Positions 35,801 through 44,254 of a stretch of 64,000 nt of DNA are shown one piece after another. The DNA is taken from assembly GCA_964016885.1 (NCBI GenBank), contig OZ024754.1, positions 17,918,001 to 17,982,000 on the forward strand, written 5' to 3'. The DNA is from Eledone cirrhosa (lineage: Eukaryota). Within the stretch, counting starts at the first letter, position 1; each line of letters begins with the position of its first letter. The position numbers and the translations under genes were made by a program. The notes under the pieces are model-generated. The model was not told the origin of the DNA and ran no database searches. It saw only the letters and a list, made by a program, of their open reading frames with translations.

Positions 35801-36710
35801 GCCAATCCTCCGACCTTACTAGGTTTATAATGTTCCAAGATGTCAAGAAGGTGACCCTATGACTTCATCAGGAGTTAAGGTTCTTTATCTAGGTAAGGTA
35901 GGTAACTCTGTCTTAGCTTGCTTCGTTCACAACACTTGTTTTACCGTTGAATGGTTAACAACACACGCCTCCAACAAAACTAATTTAACCTTTTTCTTAG
36001 CATATTTCTATTGAAAAACACTGCCTATGATTTTCAAATTATTTGGAAAATAATCAAAAATTAGAGGGATTTAGTGATATGATTAACTTTCTCATTATTA
36101 AAATGATGTTTGGAATGTAATTTAGCAAAGGTTCTTATATAAAATTACGATGGAAGGTTTTTAGATAAATATAAATACTGAAATAAACAGTTTTGTACCA
36201 TAGAACTAGAATCGGTTTGGTATCAAAATGCTAACATAGAAAAATATGACCTCTTTAGGATACAATACTTGAGGAAGGAGCCCCGCGAGGTGGGGTGGCT
36301 GTTGCAGAGGGTGTCGCTGGCCATTGTCCGCAGAGAGCAGCCCCAGCACCACTGCAACACTAGGTCCAGAGCCCTACCGCCTTCCTTTCTTTTCTGGTCC
36401 CAGAGCCTTTGCTCTCCCCCTTTCATACAGCAAAATCTGCACTTCCTTACCCCTCCCCCCATTTTCTCACTGCTTGATTTTGCTTTTGTCTTTCTTTTTA
36501 TATTTATTTATACTTGAAATAGACAACTGAACACAAGGTATTTTGTCTGATACTCTACCAATTCTACCAACCACCAGCGATCTACTTCGAATAGAGATAG
36601 TTACTAGCTATTGTACATTTTTCAAAAGAAGGGGGTTAAAATAAAATATATATAAACACTAAACTTCTACTCACCCACTGGATCAATGTATCCTTCTTGC
36701 TTGGATCCAT
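554..36710 (-). CDS. NUMA1: Multi-exon gene (14 coding exons, 574 codons, 3'-partial): NuMA-like protein with N-terminal Hook/calponin-homology-like domain followed by coiled coil
   Basis: Exons join through GT-AG sites with matching phases: MDPSKKDTLIQW|LNKLNSHLIESLHDLREGEQFIALLNKI|KGTSYDVTTKKERFEIIQKFLE|DKHHHNLVEQIHFDKDNELELAK|IAILILAVGVEG... The IQWLN, ERF..I..FL, ELELAK, STPSTPL and GETMDVV motifs resemble vertebrate NuMA as I recall it (LSWVN, ERLDFVCSFL, ELELAK, SPASPM, GEVLGDV). The exon chain is strong; orthology is inferred. Confidence 0.75.
1019..1182 (-). CDS. NuMA-like coding exon 13 (KQLNGETMDVVTDCLRNELK...ERDILE)
   Basis: Within ORF 956..1363; gttttcag acceptor, GTAAGA donor, 164 nt, phase 1 to 0. 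Confidence 0.85.
1228..1345. repeat. Three ~45-bp tandem copies (ctaatgaaatacactgtattaa...)
   Basis: Direct inspection; resembles the end of a local MITE family. Confidence 0.7.
1670..1735 (+). mobile_element. CR1-type LINE extreme 3' tail
   Basis: Matches 61185-61240 (gagttgt..gcacctgagcact..acacaataatttcatt) plus (ATT)n. Confidence 0.6.
1875..3560 (+). mobile_element. Truncated non-coding LTR retroelement (5' LTR 1875-2366, tRNA-Trp PBS 2372-2387, decayed internal region)
   Basis: Starts TGTAGTGAC and ends TTGCTA, followed by TGGTGACCCGACGTGA; shares LTR and leader blocks with 29147-31374; 3' boundary uncertain. Confidence 0.75.
3586..3874. mobile_element. hAT-type MITE
   Basis: CAGTGATCGCCAACC terminus with a degenerate partner; 8-bp TSD GTTGAGGT/GTTTAGGT; related copy at ~38185-38460. 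Confidence 0.75.
3967..4192 (-). CDS. NuMA-like coding exon 12 (KSQLKMVQLDRVK...YEESIAFQS)
   Basis: Within ORF 3944..4231; tctttcag acceptor, GTGATT donor, 226 nt, phase 0 to 1. Confidence 0.85.
4407..4512 (-). CDS. NuMA-like coding exon 11 (VNCQRDEFKLLKIENNSLRNENADVYEELNKLKEM)
   Basis: Poly-T plus atctccag acceptor, GTATGT donor, 106 nt; supplies the required phase 2 to 0 bridge. Confidence 0.85.
4860..5145. repeat. 21-bp intronic minisatellite (agatgtactagatgtagtaac)
   Basis: About 13 copies; explains the HLVHLLL and DVLDVVT ORFs. Confidence 0.9.
5188..5305 (-). CDS. NuMA-like coding exon 10 (DKIRELNNQIRQLKQLQDQADELDNLKDKYDKLAAEAD)
   Basis: Within ORF 5178..5435; ttcttcag acceptor, GTATGT donor, 118 nt, phase 1 to 2. 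Confidence 0.85.
5790..5980 (-). mobile_element. tRNA-derived SINE
   Basis: B-box GAGTTCAAATCC and core GCCTTTCATCCTTA.GGGTCGATAAA on the minus strand; related copies at 7665-7890, 24953-25141, 30652-30880, 35615-35815, 58025-58130. Confidence 0.8.
6025..6290 (+). mobile_element. RTE LINE 3' fragment (divergent subfamily)
   Basis: ERQLHWYGHVMHLDDDHWVKKC...GRPQKTW. Confidence 0.75.
6423..6546 (-). CDS. NuMA-like coding exon 9 (EEVEQKNILLRKLGGDLNLERHLRSEMEYDLTEKDKTISLK)
   Basis: ttttag acceptor, GTAATG donor, 124 nt, phase 0 to 1. Confidence 0.85.
6630..6755. repeat. Short ~30-bp tandem repeat (gtgccacagttgttcagtgtgtgt...)
   Basis: About 4 copies visible. Confidence 0.8.
8246..8520 (-). mobile_element. 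Helitron 3' end fragment
   Basis: Minus strand ends with hairpin GCAGAAAACCACCC-GAA-GGGTGGTTTTTCTGC running into CTAG|T; inner boundary uncertain. Confidence 0.55.
8600..12130 (+). mobile_element. Near full-length decayed RTE-clade LINE (AP endonuclease + reverse transcriptase pseudogene)
   Basis: APE motifs TMNVGTL, CIQETRW, SAYAPQ, GDLNGHVG; RT motifs NYRGIKL, QFGF, DLEKAFD, GVHQGSVLSP, YADD; multiple stops and frameshifts. Confidence 0.92.
12255..15530. repeat. Compound minisatellite AACTGTAATGT-(AG)n, ~3.3 kb
   Basis: Constant 11-mer separated by variable-length AG runs. Confidence 0.95.
15748..15962. mobile_element. MITE with TAACCCTTTAGCATTTA terminal inverted repeats
   Basis: ttaaccctttagcattta ... 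taaatgctaaagggttaa (TTAA at both ends); related copies at 28930-29146/31375-31437 and 58281-58477. Confidence 0.75.
16060..16392. repeat. 26-bp minisatellite (agcaagcagtttgatacaaatacaac)
   Basis: About 12 copies. Confidence 0.9.
16515..20570. repeat. 23-bp minisatellite (gacaatagagagacatagatagt), ~4 kb
   Basis: About 175 copies with recurring variants (gtta/gata, actg..actg, 21-bp deletion units). Confidence 0.95.
20775..20813 (-). CDS. NuMA-like coding exon 8 (ILQRERNLRKKVE)
   Basis: ctaatttgtattag acceptor with branch-like CTAAT, GTGACT donor, 39 nt, phase 0-0. Confidence 0.65.
20906..21240 (+). mobile_element. Pogo/Tigger-like DNA transposon remnant
   Basis: TA|CAGTGTACCCTCGATAT terminus followed by CG-containing internal motifs; second TIR not found. 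Confidence 0.45.
21700..22785. repeat. 56/58-bp minisatellite (ccaacagaccaggtgtgtcattagatattgatatatctacatacagtcgacaaggtcc)
   Basis: About 19 copies, no spacers. Confidence 0.92.
22929..23071 (-). CDS. NuMA-like coding exon 7 (VVPDGKKASSR...STPSTPLHALINSSGYNGR)
   Basis: Within ORF 22899..23123; ttaaag acceptor, GTAAGT donor, 143 nt, phase 1 to 0. Confidence 0.8.
23104..24785 (+). mobile_element. 5'-truncated, internally deleted RTE LINE
   Basis: DWRSSSIVNCYKGKGDALDRGNYRGIKL, QFGFVPGKST, 3'UTR and (GAT)n tail. Confidence 0.9.
24785..25627. repeat. Pentanucleotide (ATAGT/ATAAT/ACAGT) microsatellite with a SINE inserted at 24953-25141
   Basis: Direct inspection. Confidence 0.9.
25628..26600 (+). 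mobile_element. Probable non-autonomous Helitron 5' portion
   Basis: A|TCTATCTATAATATTAAAAG start followed by (TATG)n and internal duplications; no 3' CTAG end identified. Confidence 0.4.
26646..26720 (-). CDS. NuMA-like coding exon 6 (ETNDAENSSDSCSGEKTSTEQSVT)
   Basis: Pyrimidine tract plus tctag acceptor, GTTAG donor, 75 nt, symmetric phase 1-1. Confidence 0.65.
26850..27862. repeat. 48-bp minisatellite with a 96-bp higher-order dimer segment
   Basis: gctggtgcaatgataaaatacacccagtacaccctgtaatgtggtaat, about 21 copies; alternating variants at ~26850-27400. Confidence 0.92.
28036..28210 (-). CDS. NuMA-like coding exon 5 (IAILILAVGVEG...LLVSKS)
   Basis: Within ORF 28010..28219; tttcag acceptor, GTAAGT donor, 175 nt, phase 0 to 1. 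Confidence 0.85.
29147..31374 (+). mobile_element. Complete non-autonomous LTR retroelement (LTRs 29147-29502 and 31021-31374; tRNA-Trp PBS 29553-29569; PPT ~31009-31020)
   Basis: Two ~355-bp direct repeats starting TGTAG. PBS TGGTGACCCCGACGTGA is complementary to the tRNA-Trp 3' end. Purine tract GGAGGAGGG precedes the 3' LTR. No intact ORF. Confidence 0.92.
30652..30880 (+). mobile_element. tRNA-derived SINE nested in the LTR element, with duplicated tail
   Basis: A-box-like GGCAGTATCGG, B-box GAGTTCAAATCC, GCCTTTCATCCTTACGGGGTCGATAAA core, two copies of ggccttgtgcc.aaagtagaaacaatta. Confidence 0.85.
31496..31563 (-). CDS. NuMA-like coding exon 4 (DKHHHNLVEQIHFDKDNELELAK)
   Basis: tttctag acceptor, GTAAGT donor, 68 nt, phase 1 to 0. 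Confidence 0.85.
31930..32730 (-). mobile_element. RTE LINE 3' fragment
   Basis: KGRLYDACIRIAILHGSETW...LHWYGHVMRM; (ATC)n tail at 31931. Confidence 0.85.
33283..33350 (-). CDS. NuMA-like coding exon 3 (KGTSYDVTTKKERFEIIQKFLE)
   Basis: ttgtttatag acceptor, GTATAA donor, 68 nt, phase 2 to 1. Confidence 0.8.
33410..33540 (+). mobile_element. 3' end of a different RTE-like LINE (related ORF fragment at 33945-34045)
   Basis: LGIQPDQLEMVAFDRTRWRECL...; LRYYEHVVRMSQERI...PTGRRPKG. Confidence 0.5.
34933..35015 (-). CDS. NuMA-like coding exon 2 (LNKLNSHLIESLHDLREGEQFIALLNK)
   Basis: ttccatttcag acceptor, GTAAGT donor, 83 nt, phase 0 to 2. Confidence 0.85.
36265..36420 (+). mobile_element. CRE-like (restriction-like endonuclease) non-LTR retrotransposon C-terminal fragment
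   Basis: GC-rich island encoding KEPREVGWLLQRVSLAIVR, similar to the terminal LFQRLSxAxQRGN motif of CRE-clade elements. Confidence 0.45.
36675..36710 (-). CDS. NuMA-like coding exon 1 (MDPSKKDTLIQW)
   Basis: ATG at 36710-36708, preceded by ttctccagcag acceptor; GTGAGT donor, phase 0. Confidence 0.8.
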
Positions 36711-38662
36711 TGAATCTGCTGGAGAAATTAACAAAATTCACAAGAATATTTATCAACAGAAGTAAAACATTTGACATTTTAATGAGATTAAAAACATGAC
36801 AATAGATTCAATCAAGGATGTTTGTCTTTGTTTGGGTCTTCAACGAAAAACGTTCACAATTATAAAAGAGATGGTCTCTTAAAGATCTGAATTAATGTAA
36901 CCTATAGTTGTGGTTATTAATAAATACACATCGCTATAGCATTTCACCAGCACCTTCTGTTGTCTGTAATTACGTGTAGATGTGTGTAACTAAAGCGTAG
37001 CGTACGTTACCAATGGACGACTAAATGATTTTAACTTGGTTTTTTAACAATTGTTTTAACTCATGGTGTCTGACACTCTTACCGGCTACATAGCCTTTAT
37101 TAATAAAAGGCTAGGGAGAGGTTTAATGCTATGTAAGCAGGGATTGTTTACTCGTGCTTTAATCATATTAGAAATGGTTACAATAACTGTCATATCTAGA
37201 GAAAGCACACACAACAGTATATTTCTATATTTTAAATAACTGTCGAGAGAATGATGTTGAAAACATTTCGTTTTCACTCAACTAACTTCAGTTTCAGTAT
37301 GTTTGCTGAGATGCCATGATCCAAGACGTTCCAGCCATGACCAACCTGATCTTTTATACACATCATCATCGCCGTTTAACGTCCACCTTCCACGCTAGCA
37401 TGGGTTAGACGGGTTGTCCCATTTGAGGCAGGTTGGGTCAGGTGACCGTCTCTTACTCATACAGAACTGTTTCTGGTTAGATGCCCTTCCTAACGCCAAC
37501 CACATTTACAACAATGTGTGCTGGGTGCTTTTTGCCGTGACTCCTACATGACCACTTATATGGTTTTGATTCAAAAGCAAACTTTCAGTTTCAATATTTG
37601 CTGAGATGCCATGATCCAAGCGGTTCCAACCATGACCAACCTGATCTTTCAGACACTGTTTCAGTATGTTTGATGAGATGCCATGATCCAAGGCGTGAGA
37701 GTGAAATTTGTTTTTCCTTTGTTTTTTTTTTTGGGGGGGGGGGGGGGTTAAACCCCCATAACACCTGTCTTGGAGATGGGTGTAATCCAAGAATGTAGGT
37801 TTACCCAACGTGCAGACTTCATTGTCATTGAATGGCTTGGCAATTTTATAAGCAAGCCAACAATAACGAGGTGGGCTTGGCAACATATGTTGGGTTACGA
37901 TTGTCAATAAAGTAGAAACACTTTGACCCGAGACAGGCACAAGAACACATCTAAGACAGTGCCATTCCACCATTCCGAGAACTCAGTGACCCTCTCAAAA
38001 ACGACCACGATGGTGGAGCAGGAATTTGAATTCATTGATCCCCACCACTTTATAACGTATAACATGCAGAGGATTATTGATACAACACACACACACAGTC
38101 TCTCCCTCACACACACACATACATATATATATGAAATAGAGATTAGTGTAAATCAAGTTCTGTACAATGTAAAATCGTCTAAAGCAGCGATCGCCAACTG
38201 ATGGTCCGAGAGAATATTTTGGACATTATTTGCTTTAAAGATTTTGTTATGATTACATAAACATTTATAATTTTGTTATATTTAATAGGTGCATTTCATA
38301 TTATAAAATGGAAGTTCTCTGATCATTAAAAATAATGTACCAGTAATATACTGATTTATTGCTGGCCTTGTGCCAAAAGTAGAAACAATTATTTTATAAA
38401 TGTATTTATCTTTTTTTTTTAAATTGATATTAGAGGTCCGCGGGATTTAAAATTAAGGTCTTCCGTGGAGAAAGTCTGATATTGACAAAAACATTTAAGT
38501 TTATTACGACGATTAAAATTAAAAATATAACTGAAAGTGCTGAAAATATCAAGTATAGAAAAATTCTAAATATATTTATTAACTAAATTAAATTACTGGA
38601 GTCGGTGGTTGATATAACGTTGAAGATTTAAATAGGAAATAAAATCAAAACGGACAAATTAC

Positions 38663-39080
38663 CTGCAAAAGCAACGGTTTCATAAAATATAAATATTGAT
38701 GTGTCCTTTTTCTTTTCAGTCAAATGTTTACGGCAGTAATTTCCACTGACATTAAAATAATTTCAGAAACATAAGTAATATTAGAATTATAAAAATGTTC
38801 TATCTATAAATATATATATAATAACGATTTCAATATGTTTGTACGTTTCTTATATCTTTACGTTAGAAATTGACTTCAGCGACAATTTTTTTGTAAATTG
38901 AATTTGCCGGTTAAAAGCCTCGTTTTGATATTAAACATCCGGGACCTTGTATTTACATAATGACACAGCTCATTTAAATATGTCAACGGTTATTATAGCT
39001 AGCTAGCTCTCTCTTTCTTTCTCTCATACTATATATGAAGGATTCGCGACCAGACGGCTGAGCTCCTGCCCTTTCAACAG
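38663..39080 (-). promoter_or_regulatory. Candidate 5'UTR exon and promoter region of the NuMA-like gene
   Basis: Coding exon 1 has an acceptor 5-8 nt before its ATG, so an upstream non-coding exon is expected. A CAG|GTAATT donor lies at 38663/38662, next to a repeat-poor, slightly CpG-richer stretch. Confidence 0.25.
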
Positions 39081-39090
39081 CTAGATCCGA

Positions 39091-39134
<44 letters not shown>

Positions 39135-39511
39135 CAAACCTGTATCACACCTGAATAACAAACAATAAAAGAGGTGGGTGGCTAAGGTAAAACGTTATTG
39201 TCATATTTATAGTTTGTGATATGACTGGTTTTCTCAGTTCTCTCTCTCTCTCTCCCCTCCCACTCTCTCTTTCTCTCTATCTCCCCTCCCACTCTCTCCC
39301 TCTCCCTCTCTCTCCCCCTCCCACTTTCCCCCCTCTCTCGCCTCCCACTCTCTCTTTCTCCCTCTTTCCTCCTCCCTCCGTCTCTCCCCTTCCCACTCTC
39401 TCTTCCTCCCTCTCTCTCAGTGAGGTCACTCAGTCCTTTCAAATAGCAGTGTAAGTTCACCATTTAGTGTATAAAATGGACCTAAGTTACGGCCATCAAT
39501 ACTACTGGACC

Positions 39512-39720
39512 TGAAGGTGTATGGCTTAGTGGCTTGAAATCGTGAGGTTGTGAGTTCGATTCTCTGACAAGTTGATGTGTTGTGTCCTTAAACAAGACAC
39601 TTTATTTCACGTTGCCCCAGCTGTAGAAATTGGTTGCGATGTCACTGGTGTAATACAGGAGGGTGGTGGAGATGTAGCTCGCCAACCTTTCAAGATGTCT
39701 CATCGGTTGATCTTGTCTCC
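39512..39720 (+). mobile_element. Second tRNA-derived SINE family (CORE-like)
   Basis: TGGCTTAGTGG A-box, GAGTTCGATTC B-box, then tgtgtcctt.a.caagacacttt core; related decayed copy at 5436-5600. Confidence 0.65.
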
Positions 39721-40650
39721 AATGGGGATATATTGTTGTCTGTTATCCACAATGGGGATATATTGTTGTCTGTTATCCACAATGGGGATATATTGTTGTC
39801 TGTTATCCACAATGGGGATATATTGTTGTCTGTTATCCACAATGGGGATATATTGTTGTCTGTTATCCACAATGGGGATATATTGTTGTCTGTGAGAGCC
39901 CTATCCACAATGGGGATATATTGTTGTCTGTGAGTGCCTTATCCACAATGGGGATATATTGTTGTCTGTGAGTGCCCTATCCACAATAGGGATATATTGT
40001 TGTCTGTGAGTGCCCTATCCACAATGGGGATATATTGTTGTCTGTGAGAGCCCTAGCCACAATGGGGATATATTGTTGTCTGTGAGAGCCCTAGCCACAA
40101 TGGGGATATATTCTTGTCTGTGAGTGCCCTAGCCACAATGGGGATATATTCTTGTCTGTGAGTACCCTATCCACAATGGGGATATATTGTTGTCTGTGAG
40201 AGCCCTAGCCACAATGGGGATATATTCTTGTCTGTGAGTGCCCTATCCACAATGGGGATATATTCTTGTCTGTGAGTGCCCTATCCACAATGGGGATATA
40301 TTGTTGTCTGTGAGTGCCCTATCCACAATGGGGATATATTGTTGTCTGTGAGAGCCCTAGCCACAATGGGGATATATTGTTGTCTGTGAGAGCCCTAGCC
40401 ACAATGGGGATATATTGTTGTCTGTGAGAGCCCTATCCACAATGGGGATATATTGTTGTCTGTGAGTGCCCTAGCCACAATGGGGATATATTCTTGTCAG
40501 TGAGTGCCCTATCCACAATGGGGATATATTCTTGTCTGTGAGTACCCTATCCACAATGGGGATATATTCTTGTCTGTGAGTACCCTATCCACAATGGGGA
40601 TATATTCTTGTCTGTGAGTGCCCTATCCACAATGGGGATATATTCTTGTT
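39715..40650. repeat. Minisatellite switching from a 30-bp to a 38-bp unit (tccacaatggggatatattgttgtctg...)
   Basis: About 6 short units, then about 20 long units. Confidence 0.92.
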
Positions 40651-40703
40651 GATCTTATTAAAATACAAATATTAATAAAATAGATGTTCTTTTGATCAAT
40701 TAA

Positions 40704-40756
40704 ATTTTATTATACATATTTCAGAGGTACAACATTACCTCCTCATCAGACAAAAT
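40704..40756 (-). ncRNA. Minimal type I hammerhead ribozyme (intact core) in the PLE1 inverted arm
   Basis: Minus strand: ATTTTGT CTGATGA GGAGGTA-atgttg-TACCTCT GAAA TATGTA TA^ATAAAAT; stems I and II pair. Confidence 0.8.
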
Positions 40757-43700
40757 ATAAGGATACATGACATACCCTGAGATGTTAAATGGTTAAGATT
40801 TAATCAAGGTAGTGATTAACCTAAGAGAAAACTCAACATGTATACCCTAATAATGAGAAAATGCGAAAACGTAATAAATTCAATAGAGAATGTGTGAGTA
40901 AGAAAAATGTTGGTTAATGTGACAGCTAGATTTTAAAATGTAGGATACTACAAGTTATTGTTATCTAGGAAAACATCTCATGAATTATAACTGTTTATGA
41001 AGGCCGCTGAAAGAGGATTTAAAGAGAGGGAAAGATAAAGGGGATTAATATATGCAGAAAGATTTTTTTCCTAAAAGCTAAACGGTTAAGTTTCAAAATA
41101 TTTAATTTATGTTATTTTAAGAGTGAAGAATCAAGATTTTAGGTTTTTTTTAAAGTTGATGGTTATTTATATTTATTAATTTTATAAATTCTATAAGTGT
41201 GTTTACATTTCTAAACTTCTGAATTTTATGAGGATAAAATATAAAGGATTTACCTGGCCAGCGAAAGGAAAATTTTCCTAAATGTAATCTTTAACGAAAA
41301 TGACCTATAAAAATGTCAACATTTTCGGTATGTAAAGCTTATGAAGTACTTATTGTTAGAACTCTTATTAACTTCAACAATGAATATTGGACCCGCTCAG
41401 ATAGAGATAGAAACTTTGATATCACTATGGGGGCATCTGATACCGCGCAAATCACAGATCTTCTGAGAATTTTCATGTTAAATATAAATAGAAAACTGCC
41501 GGAGATTACCGCTGGCTTATATAGGGACGACATTTTATTTACGGTGGTCAAACACAACAATATAGAACTAAATAGAGTAAAGACAAGTATAATAGAATTC
41601 TTTAAAATGTATGACCTTAAGTTAGAAGTAGAAAATGGTACCAAAATAGTTAATTTCCTAGACGTTACGTTTAACTTAAACATTGGCTTTTATTACCTTT
41701 TTCATAAGCCCAATGAAAACTTAAACTATGTTAGTAACCATTCCAATCACCCTAAATCTGTAAAAAAAAAAGCTATAGTAAATAGTGTGCAAAAACGAAT
41801 TAATAAAATATCAGCCAATAAAGCTATATTTGACGAAAACGCTGAATGTTAAAAAGAGCAGGATATGTGAATAATATAGAATATGTAGATAATAATAATA
41901 CAAGTCTTAATCTTGATAAAAATAATAACATATATAAACGAAACTCTAATAATTATAATTCAAACACCCATACGCCAAATAAATTGAGGAAAAGAACTAG
42001 AACTAAATCAGTCATATGGTCCCCCCCCCCCCCCTGCTTCGGTCGCAGTTAGAACACCAATTGCAAAATTATTCTTTAATGCTTTGGACACCTCTTTCCC
42101 TACTCAACATAAATACTATTCCATTTTTCCATTTTTAATAGACACACCATTAAATTCTCGTATTCTACAACTATGAACATGGCCCAAAACATTGCCAAAT
42201 TAAACTCTAAAATCCTAAAACAAAACCAGCATAATGATCTTAATAATAGAGTTAACATAAATGATACTAAAACAAAATGTAATTGTAGAAATAAAACTGA
42301 CTGCCCTCTGCAAAATAATTGTCTAGATAGTAATTTGGTTTATAAAGGCACCGTAAAAACTGATCACAACACACACAACTACATAGGATCGACTTCTTCT
42401 ACATCTAAAGCCAGATTTGCGAACCATAAATGCTCATTCTCGAACTCCAAGAGGAAATCATCCACTTCTTTATCACAGCTCATATGGTCATTAAAAGAGA
42501 GGAATTTAAAATACTCCATTCTTTGGACAAAACTTCGGAATTGTGGAGTTTACCGCAACTCTAGTATATCAAATAACTGCGCGCTCTGTACAATGGAGAC
42601 CCTGTTGATTATTAATAACTATGAGACCCTAATTAACCAAAAAAGTGAATTATTCTCTAGTTGCCTTCATAAAGCTACGTCTACATTCCTAGCCTCCCAC
42701 AAAACCAGAAAAAAAGAGAAAAAACACTAAGCCATTAAACTTGGTTTTCAGACGTTTATAATCAACAGGGAAAAACCTTAATGGCCTTTAATATTGCATT
42801 ATCTTATAACTATCTATAGAAGAAATAACGCTCGAATGAATGACACTTGTTCAATAACACGCTGACACGTTGATATACATAACATAATATTATTAACTTT
42901 GATCCATACCATTATTTCTCTATCTTTATTTTCCTATCTAAGTTTTAAATTTTAGTTTAAATATCCAGCCTGTATATTTTACGGAACTTATTTTTAAATG
43001 TGAATCATTCATGTATTTACATTTTTTATTTATAATATGTATGTACTTATCTTTTGAAAGTTTTTAAATATACCTACCTTATTTTTCTATCCATGATTCA
43101 AATATAGAGCAAATATCCAACCTGTAAATTTTTACGGACCTTGTTTTGAACTCTGAATTATCCATGCATTTATTATTATTTTTCTTATATGAATGTATTT
43201 AACTGTAGCACGTTGAAATCTATTATATAAGATTATAATCGTTATCATTTACCTAAAGTATACTGTATCACTAATACTTAATATATCTCTCTCTGTATCT
43301 CTCTATACCTAATTTTTAGATAACTTTTACATTTTTAGATTATTTATTTTGAACTGTGAATAATTCATGCATTTACACCCTTTTATATATGTATCTATTT
43401 AACTTTAGCATGTTTGAATCTATTATTTTATATTCGTTATCATTTGCCTAAAATATACTGGCTCATTAATATTTAATATATCTCTATGTACCTAATCGTT
43501 ATTTAGATATTTCTAACAATAAGTACTTCATAAGCTTTACATACCGAAAATGTTGACATTTTTATAGGTCATTTTCGTTAAAGATTACATTTAGGAAAAT
43601 ATTCAACAATGTAAATTTTCCTTTCGCTGGCCAGGTAAATCCTTTAAATTTTATCCTCATAAAATTCAGAAGTTTAGAAATGTTAACACACTTATAGAAT

Positions 43701-44134
43701 TTATAAAATTAATAAATATAAATAACCATCAACTTTTAAAAAAACCTAAAATCTTGATTCTTCATCCTTAAAATAACATAAATTAAATATTTTGAAACGT
43801 AACCGTTTAGCTTTTAGGAAAAAAAATCTCTTTCTGCATATATTACTCCCCTTTATCTTTCCCTCTCTTTAAATCCTCTTTCAGCGGCCTTCATAAACAG
43901 TTATAATTCATGAGATGTTTTCCTAGATAACAATAACTTGTAGTATCCTACATTTTAAAATCTAGCTATCACATTAACCAACGTTTTTCTTACTCACACA
44001 TTCTCTATTGAATTTATTACGTTTTCACATTTCCTCATTATTAGGGTATAAATGTTGAGTTTTCTCTTAGGTTAATCACTACCTTGATTAAATCTTAACC
44101 ATTTAACATCTCAGGGTATGTCATGTATCATTAT

Positions 44135-44187
44135 ATTTTGTTTGATGAGGACGTACTGTTGTACCTCTGAAGTATGTATAATAAAAT
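44135..44187 (+). ncRNA. Degenerate hammerhead copy in the PLE1 sense arm
   Basis: TTGATGA and GAAG replace CTGATGA and GAAA; one stem II mismatch. Confidence 0.6.
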
Positions 44188-44254
44188 TTAATTGATCAAA
44201 AGAACATCTATTTTATTAATATTTGTATTTTAATATTTATATATGTATTATATA

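Larger units (their letters stand above)
40656..44235 (+). mobile_element. Penelope-like element 1 (5'-truncated RT + GIY-YIG pseudogene 41362-42730) bounded by ~710-bp inverted arms (40656-41361 / 43511-44235)
   Basis: FDITMGASDTAQITDL, GLYRDD, VNFLDVTF, SNHP, CNCRNKTDCPLQNNC, LVYKG...YIGST, CALC; the arms are reverse complements. Confidence 0.9.

Noticed and set aside
39740-39950. Iterated TTATCCACA (perfect DnaA boxes) suggesting a bacterial origin
   Set aside because: The motif is part of a minisatellite unit next to a SINE, most units read CTATCCACA or CTAGCCACA, and there is no bacterial context.
42173-42730. Selenocysteine-encoding PLE nuclease
   Set aside because: The conserved Cys positions use normal codons, with no in-frame TGA in the visible GIY-YIG region.
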